64,000 bases of DNA from Bacillota bacterium (GCA_023458915.1 JAEWWM010000050.1:2916-66915); one strand, 5' to 3'; counted from the first letter of the stretch, positions 35,965-44,098 are shown. Numbers and translations: made by a program. Notes: generated from the sequence alone by a model not told the origin.

Positions 35965-36609
35965 TTAAAAAGTTTCGTCGTTTCCTTTATTATTTAATTT
36001 TTTTCTACATGCTTTACATCTTGCTTTGCCGTCTTCTGATTTCTTTTCTGCCATATGATAGGCTTGTTCGGCTGTATAAGTCTTGCCGCTATGAGTAAAT
36101 CCTTTAAACTCAGCTCCACAATCAGTGCAGTAATATTTTTGATCTTGTATCTGTTCGACTTTTTGCTCAGATTTTTGTTCTGGCAAATCCTCACCGGCGT
36201 AGATGTAAAGTCCTAAACCAAACATTGCTAGATTTTTAACTAGACATCTCATGATTGTCTTATTTATGTCAAACATAGTCGCGGCTTCAACTTTAATGCC
36301 TTTTTTATACTTAGTATCGTAAGTGTAAGGCTCACTTTTCATAGCTTTGTTTGCGCTGTTCATGACGGGAAGCCACATTGTGTGCGTTATACCTTCAATG
36401 GTTACATCCGTAAAAACCATATAGCCAGTATTTTTGTCGTAAACATAGGGAAGCTGCTCCTCGCCAAACAATCTTATTTTGTATTCTGCCGATGGGTATA
36501 TTTTTTTAACTTCTGCCCAAGCATAGGTCCAAGATAAATAAGTGAGACCATCTTTTTTTTCGGTGTAGTTATTAACATTGATTTTAAATAGCTTTTCAAA
36601 AATGTTCAT
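35965..36609 (-). CDS. phage Rad52/Sak-type (DUF1071-like) single-strand annealing protein with C-terminal zinc ribbon
   Basis: LTYLSWTYAWAEVKKIYP, MRCLVKNLAMFGLGLYIYAGEDLP, and a C-terminal CTDC...CKAC ribbon. Confidence 0.7.
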   Translation of the reverse strand: MNIFEKLFKINVNNYTEKKDGLTYLSWTYAWAEVKKIYPSAEYKIRLFGEEQLPYVYDKNTGYMVFTDVTIEGITHTMWLPVMNSANKAMKSEPYTYDTKYKKGIKVEAATMFDINKTIMRCLVKNLAMFGLGLYIYAGEDLPEQKSEQKVEQIQDQKYYCTDCGAEFKGFTHSGKTYTAEQAYHMAEKKSEDGKARCKACRKKLNNKGNDETF

Positions 36610-36827
36610 TGATTTTCCTCCTTACATACAAATGGAATTTTTAGTGCCTAGATGCATTGAGTTTTTTTATTTGCGGCCTTTTGCACTTAAAAACAATAGT
36701 AAGATTCATCTGTGAAAAACAGTATGCTTTCGCTGAAAATAGGTTCACCGCATCTTGGGCAATTATGCATAGCTTTGCTTTTCACTTTATTTAATTTTTA
36801 GCCGTTCTGTTTTTAATAGATATAGTA

Positions 36828-36846
36828 TAGTTGTAAATTACAACTA
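36828..36846. promoter_or_regulatory. 19-bp palindrome (9+1+9), candidate operator upstream of the SdpI-like gene
   Basis: TAGTTGTAA-A-TTACAACTA lies ~50 nt upstream of ATG 36896, next to TATAAT at 36871-36876. Confidence 0.4.
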
Positions 36847-36895
36847 ATAGAATTAAAGATAAAATAGTAGTATAATTAAAGACGGGGGGATTAAA

Positions 36896-37561
36896 ATGAT
36901 TAGTAAAATTTTATTTCCGATTACACTGATAAACTCACTGATAATGGCATGGTTTATAGGGAAAATTGAATATGATATTGTTGCACTTCACTACAATATA
37001 CATGGGAATGCTGATTTTTACGGCAGTAAATGGATGCTGTTGATTTTTGCCGCTATTCCCTTGATCTTATCCTCGATTTTTTGGTTTTACAAAAGTTTTA
37101 CTAAAAACTCAAATAACAAAAAACATAACGATTCAGCTGAAAATAAAATAATATCTGTAATAATAATTTTCTTTATGCTGATTAGCTGGATGATTATTGT
37201 TATAGCTTCAAGCAATACGCAAAGGTTAGGCACTCCGGTGTTGTCCGGTATAGCGGGACTGTTGGGGTTATTAATAATCTCTATAAGTATTTTTATGCCG
37301 CAAATTAAACCAAACAAATTTTTAGGGATCAGAACATCTGCTACTTTAAGAGATGACAGTGTATGGGATAAGACACATAAATTTGGGTTTTACACTGGAA
37401 TTATCGGCGGAATTTTGACTATACTTTTCGCACTGGTTTCTTTAATAACAAATGTGCAATGGCTATGTTTTGCGGGTATTTTCTGTAGTATTGCGGGAGC
37501 AATTATACCTGCAATTTATTCTTATATAATTTATAAAAAACTCAATCATCCACACAATTAA
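36896..37561 (+). CDS. SdpI/YhfL-family membrane protein (DUF1648 + SdpI-like)
   Basis: Six TM helices with HYNIHGNADFYGSKW at the N-terminus and KPNKFLGIRTSATLRDDSVWDKTHKF in the middle. Confidence 0.6.
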   Translation: MISKILFPITLINSLIMAWFIGKIEYDIVALHYNIHGNADFYGSKWMLLIFAAIPLILSSIFWFYKSFTKNSNNKKHNDSAENKIISVIIIFFMLISWMIIVIASSNTQRLGTPVLSGIAGLLGLLIISISIFMPQIKPNKFLGIRTSATLRDDSVWDKTHKFGFYTGIIGGILTILFALVSLITNVQWLCFAGIFCSIAGAIIPAIYSYIIYKKLNHPHN

Positions 37562-37618
37562 AAACGCTTCCAATACTACTGTATATTTTTGAATAGTTTG
37601 AAAAATTTTCAATATATA

Positions 37619-37699
37619 TTATGCATATTTTGCAAATTCATCATCAATTATTTTTTCTATATTTTCATCTAATTTTTTTATGTATTCAATTTTCAGCAT
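37619..37699 (-). pseudogene. 26-codon stub resembling the N-terminus of a GNAT acetyltransferase
   Basis: MLKIEYIKKLDENIEKIIDDEFAKYA then stop. Overlaps the ANT(6) stop codon by 14 nt. Confidence 0.3.
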
Positions 37700-38555
37700 T
37701 AGATTTGCTCCTTAATATTTTCAAATATTTTGTTACACCGTTATCTTCACTTTGGTTGTAGGTGAAACTTAATTTTAAGGCAATCTCTTTAGCTAAAATT
37801 CTGAATAATTCACACGCTTTAAAAACAGCATTCCATAAATTTTCATAGTTGCTGTCTGAGTATGTTTTTTCATACATTTTGTAAAAATTTTCCGGCAAAA
37901 AATCTTTAAAGTATCTTCCAAATGTGCCTGTGGAAACTTTGAAATCGCTATGAAGCCCGATGTACCACTTAACCATTTTTTCAAGTTCCACATGGACGAT
38001 ATCAAACATTCGCATGGCATAAGTGAGTTCATCACGAACGATGCCTTTAGCAACATTTTGAAGGCACCACCAAAATTCATTTTGGCAAGCTTTAAATTTA
38101 TTTTTCGTAGGAGGATTTATCAGAAAATCGCTATCGCTGGATACTATATTCGAGAATTTATTATCTTTATCAAGCAGCACAACTGTTGCGCTATCAAGAT
38201 TTATTGTGTTTAGAAAGTCCATGGTTTCAAATGTCATATCCATCCTGAGTCCACTATTAAACAGCGTAAGGTACGCAAAATGCTGCTCAGGATTATGTGC
38301 ATTATCAAAAAGCTTAGGGTTATCGGGAGTTTGCAAAATGGCAACTTCGCCAAATTTCGCAGCAAATGCATCAAACCAATATTTGTCCAAATATGGCTTA
38401 TTTGAATGCGTAACAAATGCAATATCATAATCGCTCAATTTATCAATTTTTCCGTTTGGATTTGCCCGTGACCCTTCAAGCAACACTGCTCGTATATTTT
38501 CATCTGATTTTGCAAAATTTAAAACGATATTTAATATTTCATTCTTTTTATGCAT
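37686..38555 (-). CDS. aminoglycoside 6-nucleotidyltransferase, ANT(6)/AadK-like
   Basis: ILNIVLNFAKSDENIRAVLLEGSRANPN...DYDIAFVT matches the ANT(6) N-terminal nucleotidyltransferase pattern; length is typical at 289 aa. Confidence 0.75.
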   Translation of the reverse strand: MHKKNEILNIVLNFAKSDENIRAVLLEGSRANPNGKIDKLSDYDIAFVTHSNKPYLDKYWFDAFAAKFGEVAILQTPDNPKLFDNAHNPEQHFAYLTLFNSGLRMDMTFETMDFLNTINLDSATVVLLDKDNKFSNIVSSDSDFLINPPTKNKFKACQNEFWWCLQNVAKGIVRDELTYAMRMFDIVHVELEKMVKWYIGLHSDFKVSTGTFGRYFKDFLPENFYKMYEKTYSDSNYENLWNAVFKACELFRILAKEIALKLSFTYNQSEDNGVTKYLKILRSKSNAEN

Positions 38556-38787
38556 AAGAAGCGTCCACCTCTTTCTGCTGCTTAAAAATACATTTTACTA
38601 TTTATCCATTCGTTAAAAAGGGGAACAAGTGCATTACGGTGGTTATAATAGCAACTTCTTTTAACTATGCTATTATACCACACAATTTCTTTTTCGCTAA
38701 TTTAAGTTAGTGCATATGTTTGGCAAATTTTTATTTTTTAATTTGGAAAAAAGTCTAATAAAAAAATTTTTCAATTAAAATTGGGTG

Positions 38788-39228
38788 CTAAGCAAAATTA
38801 TTAGTATTAGATTGATTAGTAGGGCAAGTGTTATTAGAAATTCCGTTTTGAATTCTATTTAACCCTGCCTCACAGTCGCGAATTCCACTTTCAACATCTT
38901 CAATACCATCATTTATATTATTCCTGCATATTTCACAGCGTCCGCAATTGATATTTCTAAGGGCTTGTGTGCATTGTCTTAATCCGGCACAAATATTACG
39001 ATTTTGCATGCCTGAATTTTGCACTGCTGACCTGATACATGCTAGCCCTTGTGCACATACACAGTTACCGTTTGAGATTTCTGTTGTTCCTCTGCAGATG
39101 TTGTTATTGCGGACTTCATTTAATCCTTGAGTACACTGGCAAAGACCTTGAAGACAAATATTTATACCACGAGTAACCCTTCGATTAAAATTTAAAATAT
39201 TGTTCCCATTACATCTAGAATTACACAT
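38788..39228 (-). CDS. Cys/Asn-rich repeat protein (146 aa, 16 Cys), no family recognised
   Basis: Recurrent NIC-x-GL-x-QCTQ-(G/A)L units (ICLQGLCQCTQGL; VCAQGLACI; ICAGLRQCTQAL; CGRCEIC). AAAGGAG SD. No signal peptide. Confidence 0.65.
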   Translation of the reverse strand: MCNSRCNGNNILNFNRRVTRGINICLQGLCQCTQGLNEVRNNNICRGTTEISNGNCVCAQGLACIRSAVQNSGMQNRNICAGLRQCTQALRNINCGRCEICRNNINDGIEDVESGIRDCEAGLNRIQNGISNNTCPTNQSNTNNFA

Positions 39229-39269
39229 ATAAGCATCGACTCCTTTTTGAGCGAAGAAAAATTCTGTAA
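39199..39269 (-). repeat. inverted-repeat arm A: 5' leader, SD and first 10 codons of the Cys-rich gene
   Basis: About 85% identical (hand alignment: 61 matches, 8 mismatches, 3 gap positions) to 40106..40175 on the opposite strand. Confidence 0.8.
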
Positions 39270-39389
39270 GATTTCAATGTATTATATTCTTTTGCAGCTA
39301 TATATGTGATAAATTCAGCTTGTTTTATTAAAATATTCTAAATTAGTGCGAGTGGTCGGTAAGGGCACTAGGTAAAAATTATGGTGCTG

Positions 39390-40028
39390 TTATTTTTTAT
39401 AATCATCTATCTCCCATGTACCAGACAGCGTTGCAGTCGACGGAGGCACTGAAAGAGCTGGTGAATAAGGCGACGATGAAGACGACAATGGAGAATATGA
39501 TGAAGGTGGAAAGTGTGATGAATTTATTTTTAAAATTAATTGATTTAAAGCATTTTTCTGATTGTATAAAGTCGTAATTAATTTTATAAGGTAATGTTTA
39601 AGGTAATCTTCGCTGTAGCCTTTAATTACAGTATATGCTTCGCAATCAGGTTTAAAAGCTTCAGCAAATCTTTTGTTCCAGTAACCACCATATTTATGCC
39701 AATGACTTTGCGCGGTGACCCAGGCAGCTTTACCGGTGGCTTCCTTAACGATTTCCCAGCTGTAAGTAAGATTGGCACAGCAATAGGCGTCGCCGGCGTC
39801 GTATGCGGCGTTCATAGCGGTGTCATGAATGTCAAAATATTCTTTAAATAAACTAGGCAACAGCTTAATTAGCTTTTCGTTTTTAGCTTGTGTTGTCTTC
39901 TTTTCAAGTGTTGCAGAAACATTTATAAGTGTTGCAGAAACATTTGTAAACGAAGCACCTGACATTCCAATTAGCGCTGACACTACGCATAATAATACCT
40001 TTTTATTCAAAATGCTAAATCTTTTCAT
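39390..40028 (-). CDS. secreted protein carrying a third, diverged copy of the Trp/Ala-rich module plus a Ser/Pro-rich tail
   Basis: Signal peptide containing an 18-bp tandem duplication (NVSATLINVSATL). Motifs LIKLLPS, AAYDAGDAY, AAWVTAQSHW, EAYTVIKGY and YLIKLITTLYNQKNALNQLI follow the module order of 34328..35608. Confidence 0.65.
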   Translation of the reverse strand: MKRFSILNKKVLLCVVSALIGMSGASFTNVSATLINVSATLEKKTTQAKNEKLIKLLPSLFKEYFDIHDTAMNAAYDAGDAYCCANLTYSWEIVKEATGKAAWVTAQSHWHKYGGYWNKRFAEAFKPDCEAYTVIKGYSEDYLKHYLIKLITTLYNQKNALNQLILKINSSHFPPSSYSPLSSSSSPYSPALSVPPSTATLSGTWEIDDYKK

Positions 40029-40105
40029 AATTTTTTTATACTCCCATTAATTAAATGTTTTATTATATGCTTATTTAATATATCATAATAATATATTTTT
40101 AACAA

Positions 40106-40175
40106 TTATAGAATTTTTTCGCACAAAAAGGGGTCAATTCTTATTATGTGTAATTCTAAATGTAATGGAAACAAT
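40106..40175 (+). repeat. inverted-repeat arm B: 5' leader, SD and first 10 codons of the beta-lactamase-like gene
   Basis: Partner of 39199..39269. Both genes begin MCNS(R/K)CNGNN. Confidence 0.8.
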
Positions 40176-40961
40176 TTTATTCTACAAATTTTAATTTCAT
40201 TAATTTTAACTGTTTATATTTTTGCTTTAACGGGTTGTAAGACTTCATCTTCAAATGAAACAGAAGTAGATCTGTCAAGCTTTTTTAGCGAAAAAGAAGG
40301 TTGCGCTGTATTTTGTAAAGATAATCATTTTTATGTATACAAAAAAGATATGATTAACGTTCAGGAATCTCCATGTTCTACTTTTAAAATCTTTCTAACC
40401 TTGGCTGGCCTGAAGTTTGGCGTACTAAAAGACGAAAACACCATGATTAAGTGGGATGGCATAAAAAGAGATTTTGAATTTTGGAATAAAGATTTAACAT
40501 TAAAGGAAGCATTCAGTTTATCTGCTGGGTGGTGGTTTAGAAAAGTTGCAAATGATATAGGTAAAGAAAAATTATCTTATCTTGTAAATGAACTTTCTTA
40601 TGGTAATTGTGACACATCCGGAGAAATACCTTTTTGGGTAGATTCCTCGATCAAAATTTCGCCAAAAGAACAAGTTGAATTTATTAAAAAGATTTTTAAT
40701 TATGAACTGCATTCATTTTCCAGGGAGCATGTAGAAATATTAAAAACTGCTATGCAAAAAGGGATTATAAATGGCGGTAAGTTATATGGAAAAACCGGAA
40801 GCAGCAGCACCAACAAAAACGGTTGGTTTGTTGGTGCTTACGAAAAAGGCGGCAAATATCTGTTTTGTGCAGTTAGATTATTTAGTGGGCAAGAAATTTC
40901 TGGCTCTACCGCTGAAAAAATATTAAGAAATATTATTGAAATTAAATATTCACAAATATAA
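40146..40961 (+). CDS. class D (OXA-type) beta-lactamase-like lipoprotein
   Basis: STFK, SAG (at the SxV position), YGN, KTG and WFVG motifs in OXA order. WDG...W.KDLTL and QVEFIKK parallel OXA-10. Lipobox ALTGC. Confidence 0.8.
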   Translation: MCNSKCNGNNFILQILISLILTVYIFALTGCKTSSSNETEVDLSSFFSEKEGCAVFCKDNHFYVYKKDMINVQESPCSTFKIFLTLAGLKFGVLKDENTMIKWDGIKRDFEFWNKDLTLKEAFSLSAGWWFRKVANDIGKEKLSYLVNELSYGNCDTSGEIPFWVDSSIKISPKEQVEFIKKIFNYELHSFSREHVEILKTAMQKGIINGGKLYGKTGSSSTNKNGWFVGAYEKGGKYLFCAVRLFSGQEISGSTAEKILRNIIEIKYSQI

Positions 40962-41222
40962 TAATATTGCTAAATATGCTTAAATTTTGGAATTTAATCC
41001 CTATGTTTCCGCTATGGCTCCTAGTAGCTATATTTTCTGAGCTGTTCAAAAAATATACATTTTCCTCACAAACAAAGTTTAAATTAGGATATTTAACAAT
41101 AATTAGGCAAACTTATTGCTTTTTTTTAACATACAGGTATCATTATGTAATTAAACTCAGTTTTTCAGAGTATAAAAGTATAGTAGTTTGTTCATCAAAC
41201 TTTATCAAAGGGGTGTAATGTT

Positions 41223-41978
41223 TTGGAGAAAGTTAGCAAAAAACCGGTTTTTGGCGAATATATGAGAGGACTTAAAGATGGTGTGCCAATAGGAATGGGA
41301 TATTTCCCCCTTTCAATGGCTTGTGGCATAGCTGCTTGCAAAGTAGGACTTAATTTTGGAGTAGCGCAGATAATGAATTTGCTTTTATACACTGCGTCTG
41401 GTGAGGCTGCTGTATTTAACCTTTTAAGAGGTGGAGAAACAGCAATTTTAATGTACGTTCTTACGATATTTGTTATGAATTTTCGGTATGTAATTTTTTC
41501 AATGTCAATTGCTCAAAGATTTGACAAAAGCATGAGTATACTTGAAAGAGTGCTTTTCGGACTTTTGAACACTGACGAAATATTTGGTGTCGCTATGAAA
41601 GAAAAAGGAGATTTAAAAGCCCCTTATCTTTTTGGCCTTGCAACCGTGCCTTATATTGGATTTGCTAGTGGATTTTTAGTGGGTTCGTTGTTCACTGAAT
41701 TACTTCCAGCTTCAGTTAGCGCAGCTCTTGGAATTATGATTTTCGCAATGTTTATAGCAATAGTTGTTCCTTCTGCAAAGGAATCAAGGCCGGTTTTAAT
41801 AGTAGTATTGATGGCTTTAGTAGTGAGCATTATTTTGGAATGTATTCCTGCTGTCAAAGCACATCTTAGTGCAGGCTGGATTATTATTATCTGCGCAGTT
41901 GTAACTGCAGCTATAGGTGCAATTTTATTCCCAGTTGAAGACTCTGCCAAGGAATTGGAGGCCGAAATAAATGAGTAG
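41223..41978 (+). CDS. azlC: AzlC-family branched-chain amino acid exporter subunit
   Basis: GLKDGVPIGMGYFPLSMACG start and a polytopic profile. TTG start. Overlaps azlD by 8 nt. Confidence 0.78.
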   Translation: MEKVSKKPVFGEYMRGLKDGVPIGMGYFPLSMACGIAACKVGLNFGVAQIMNLLLYTASGEAAVFNLLRGGETAILMYVLTIFVMNFRYVIFSMSIAQRFDKSMSILERVLFGLLNTDEIFGVAMKEKGDLKAPYLFGLATVPYIGFASGFLVGSLFTELLPASVSAALGIMIFAMFIAIVVPSAKESRPVLIVVLMALVVSIILECIPAVKAHLSAGWIIIICAVVTAAIGAILFPVEDSAKELEAEINE

Positions 41979-42294
41979 TCAAAATTTTATATATGCTGTG
42001 TTGGCCATGGCCGTAGTAATGGTTTCCTTCAAGATCGTGCCAATATTATTTTTTAAAGATAAAATAAAAAATAAGTTTTTACAGTCGTTTTTAGCTTACA
42101 TACCGTATGCAGTGCTAACTTCCATGACATTCCCAGAAGTATTTCTACAAAAAGATTTAGGTATAATTTCAGCTTCTGTGGGTGTTGTTGCGGCTTTAGT
42201 GCTGGCGTATTTTGGTCAAAGTTTAGTTGTTGTGGCGCTTTCCTCCGCGGCAGTAGTTTTCGTTGTTGAACAAATAATGAATTTCATTAAGTGA
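41971..42294 (+). CDS. azlD: AzlD-family small membrane subunit
   Basis: 107 aa, 3-4 TM helices, translationally coupled to azlC. Confidence 0.7.
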   Translation: MSSQNFIYAVLAMAVVMVSFKIVPILFFKDKIKNKFLQSFLAYIPYAVLTSMTFPEVFLQKDLGIISASVGVVAALVLAYFGQSLVVVALSSAAVVFVVEQIMNFIK

Positions 42295-42323
42295 TGTAGA
42301 AGCAAAAATAAATCAATTTAAAC

Positions 42324-42353
42324 TTAACCACCGGCGGTAGTACCGGTGGTTAA
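42324..42353 (+). terminator. stem-loop after azlD
   Basis: 11-bp perfect stem ttaaccaccgg/ccggtggttaa with an 8-nt loop. The U-tract is weak. Confidence 0.55.
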
Positions 42354-42357
42354 ATTA

Positions 42358-42387
42358 TTGGACACAACAAATAAAATATGGTAAAAT
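42358..42387 (+). promoter_or_regulatory. promoter for rnpB
   Basis: TTGGAC, 18-nt spacer ending TGg, TAAAAT. The RNA 5' end follows about 10 nt downstream. Confidence 0.55.
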
Positions 42388-42396
42388 TTAAGTCAT

Positions 42397-42794
42397 GAGT
42401 AGACTAAGTAATCGCGTACTGCGCCTCATGGCAAAGTATGAGGAAAGTCCGAGCTCCATAGAGCAGGTTAACGGCTAACAGCCGCCGAGGGCAACCTCAG
42501 GGAAAGTGCAACAGAAATATACCGCCCGAAATTTATTTTTAGTGATTTTTTTCTCTTTCTATAAGAAGAAAATCCAGAATAATTACTTTTTCGGGTAAGG
42601 ATGGAAAGGCGAGGTAAGAGCTCACCAGCGCGTAGGAGACTACGCGGCTATGCAAACCCTAACCGGAGCAACACCGTTTGGTATGAAATATGCGCCTGCT
42701 CGGCGCTTCTTTAAGGTGGCAATGAGCCAGCAGCGGCAACGCTTGGCCAAGATAGATGATTACTCACGACAGAATTCGGCTTATCGGTCTACTC
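42397..42794 (+). ncRNA. rnpB: RNase P RNA
   Basis: P1 pairing gagtagac/gtctactc. Universally conserved GAGGAAAGTCCG (P4 5' strand) and ACAGAAttCGGCTTA (P4 3' strand). ~398 nt with an AT-rich peripheral hairpin (cccgaaa...tttcggg). Confidence 0.88.
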
Positions 42795-42885
42795 TTTTAT
42801 TATAGAAAACATTTATTTAATTGATCAGTTTTGTAAGTATATTAAAGAAAGTACCATAAAATGGTATAAATTTAGGTGTAAATTT

Positions 42886-43737
42886 ATGATAAAAAGACTA
42901 GTAAATGTATTTTTAAGCTTTATTATGATGCTTTTTGGCTGTGGTCCTGCGGGTAAAATTCAGCGCGTAGAAATTTCGAATGGTTTGGTTAACACTTTTG
43001 TTATTGGAAATGGCAGCAAAACTATTGTAATGCTTAGTGGCTGCGCCACCGAAAATCCTATAGAAGATTTTATGCCTCTTGCTCGAAAATTAAGCAAAAA
43101 TTTCAAAGTGGTTGTAATAGAATATTTTGGCTATGGAGCAAGCGATATAGTGTTTAACGAAAGATCAAGTGAAAACATTGTTGGTGAAATAAGAGAGACA
43201 TTAGCTAAGCTCAAAATAAAACCACCGTACATTCTTATGCCGCATTCAATTTCAGGAATTTATTCACGTAAGTATGCAAAGGAATATCCGAATGAGGTTG
43301 AAGCAATTATTGGAATAGACACTTCAAAGCCAAATGCTCAAAAAGAATTTTATGAATCAAACGAAAGATTAATAAAATATTTTTCCGAAGATTTTTTCCC
43401 AAAAATTTCAGATAAAGGTAAAATCACAGTGCCGATTTTTAATGAAGCTAATATGTTTTACAAAAATAGTGAAGAATTTTTTGATGTTAAATATCCTGAA
43501 AATTTACCGGTCTTATCTTTCATTTCCAGCGAATCAATTAAGTCAACGAAACTCGAAAAAAGTTTGATAAACTTAAACAAAATAACGGATTGAGATAAAT
43601 TTGAACAAAATATGATTTCTAATCCTGAAATTCAAAAAATAGAAATTTTAGAAGGTTCGCACTACTTGCATCACGAGCAAGCAGATAAAATCAAAGAGTT
43701 GACAACTGAATTTATAAATAATATTAAAAATAGATAG
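42886..43737 (+). pseudogene. alpha/beta hydrolase interrupted by an in-frame TGA (43591-43593)
   Basis: N-terminal signal/lipobox-like FGCG and nucleophile-elbow-like PHSISG. After the TGA the same frame continues for 47 codons through EGSHYLHHEQ, the position of the catalytic His. Confidence 0.65.
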
Positions 43738-43773
43738 TGAAATAATAAACTGTTTTTTGAGTTTTAGTAATAC

Positions 43774-43802
43774 TTGACATATTATTTTAATTTTTATAAA
43801 AT
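43774..43802 (+). promoter_or_regulatory. near-consensus promoter for the double-glycine peptide gene
   Basis: TTGACA, 17-nt spacer, TAAAAT. Confidence 0.6.
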
Positions 43803-43845
43803 TATTGCACAAAATAATTATAAAATACAAAAGGAGGAACAAAAC

Positions 43846-44079
43846 ATGGAAATTAATGAAAAAAGTCTTAATGAGGTAGCAGGCGGAAAAATTGTAGAAA
43901 CTAAAGGTGGAAAATTTTTAGCAGTACCACACTGGGTAAAAGAATATGCAACAGAAGAAGAGGCAAAAAAAGAACATTGTGGTAAAGGCCATGGTCATCA
44001 TCATAAAGGAGACGGTAAATGTAGCCCGGGCTGCGATATGAAACCTGCAGTTGAAACACCCCCAATTCCGAAAGTTTAA
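43846..44079 (+). CDS. double-glycine-leader peptide precursor (77 aa) with charged, His/Cys-rich core
   Basis: AAGGAGG SD. Leader MEINEKSLNEVAGG has hydrophobic residues at -4, -7 and -12 relative to GG. Core contains HCGKGHGHHHKGDGKCSPGCD. Confidence 0.65.
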   Translation: MEINEKSLNEVAGGKIVETKGGKFLAVPHWVKEYATEEEAKKEHCGKGHGHHHKGDGKCSPGCDMKPAVETPPIPKV

Positions 44080-44098
44080 AAGTGCAGACACTTAAAAT

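Noticed and set aside
39199-40175. Classical site-specific invertible element (inverton/shufflon) interpretation of the inverted 5' modules.
   Set aside because: The arms are only ~85% identical and the longest perfect stretch is 13 bp. No invertase or tyrosine recombinase gene is nearby. Kept as a finding only for the duplicated expression module and possible homologous inversion.
40967-41218. 83-aa ORF between the beta-lactamase-like gene and azlC.
   Set aside because: It has a TTG start without an SD and no recognisable features, and it occupies the azlCD leader/promoter region. I looked for T-box or riboswitch hallmarks there and saw none.
27536-42400. Direct repeat of the tRNA-Pro 3' end that would define an att site and the right border of the island.
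   Set aside because: No convincing copy of ggttcgactcctgtcactcgg was found by eye. The only partial match (tcgactcct at ~39236) is 9 nt long and lies inside the duplicated leader.
27832-43593. Possibility that the in-frame TAG codons (27832, 32732) and TGA (43591) reflect stop-codon reassignment or a recoded phage.
   Set aside because: TAG and TGA terminate many well-aligned genes at their expected ends; holin and endolysin both end in TAG. No suppressor tRNA is present (tRNA-Pro GGG and tRNA-Leu CAA only). The affected genes carry other lesions, so ordinary nonsense mutations are more parsimonious.
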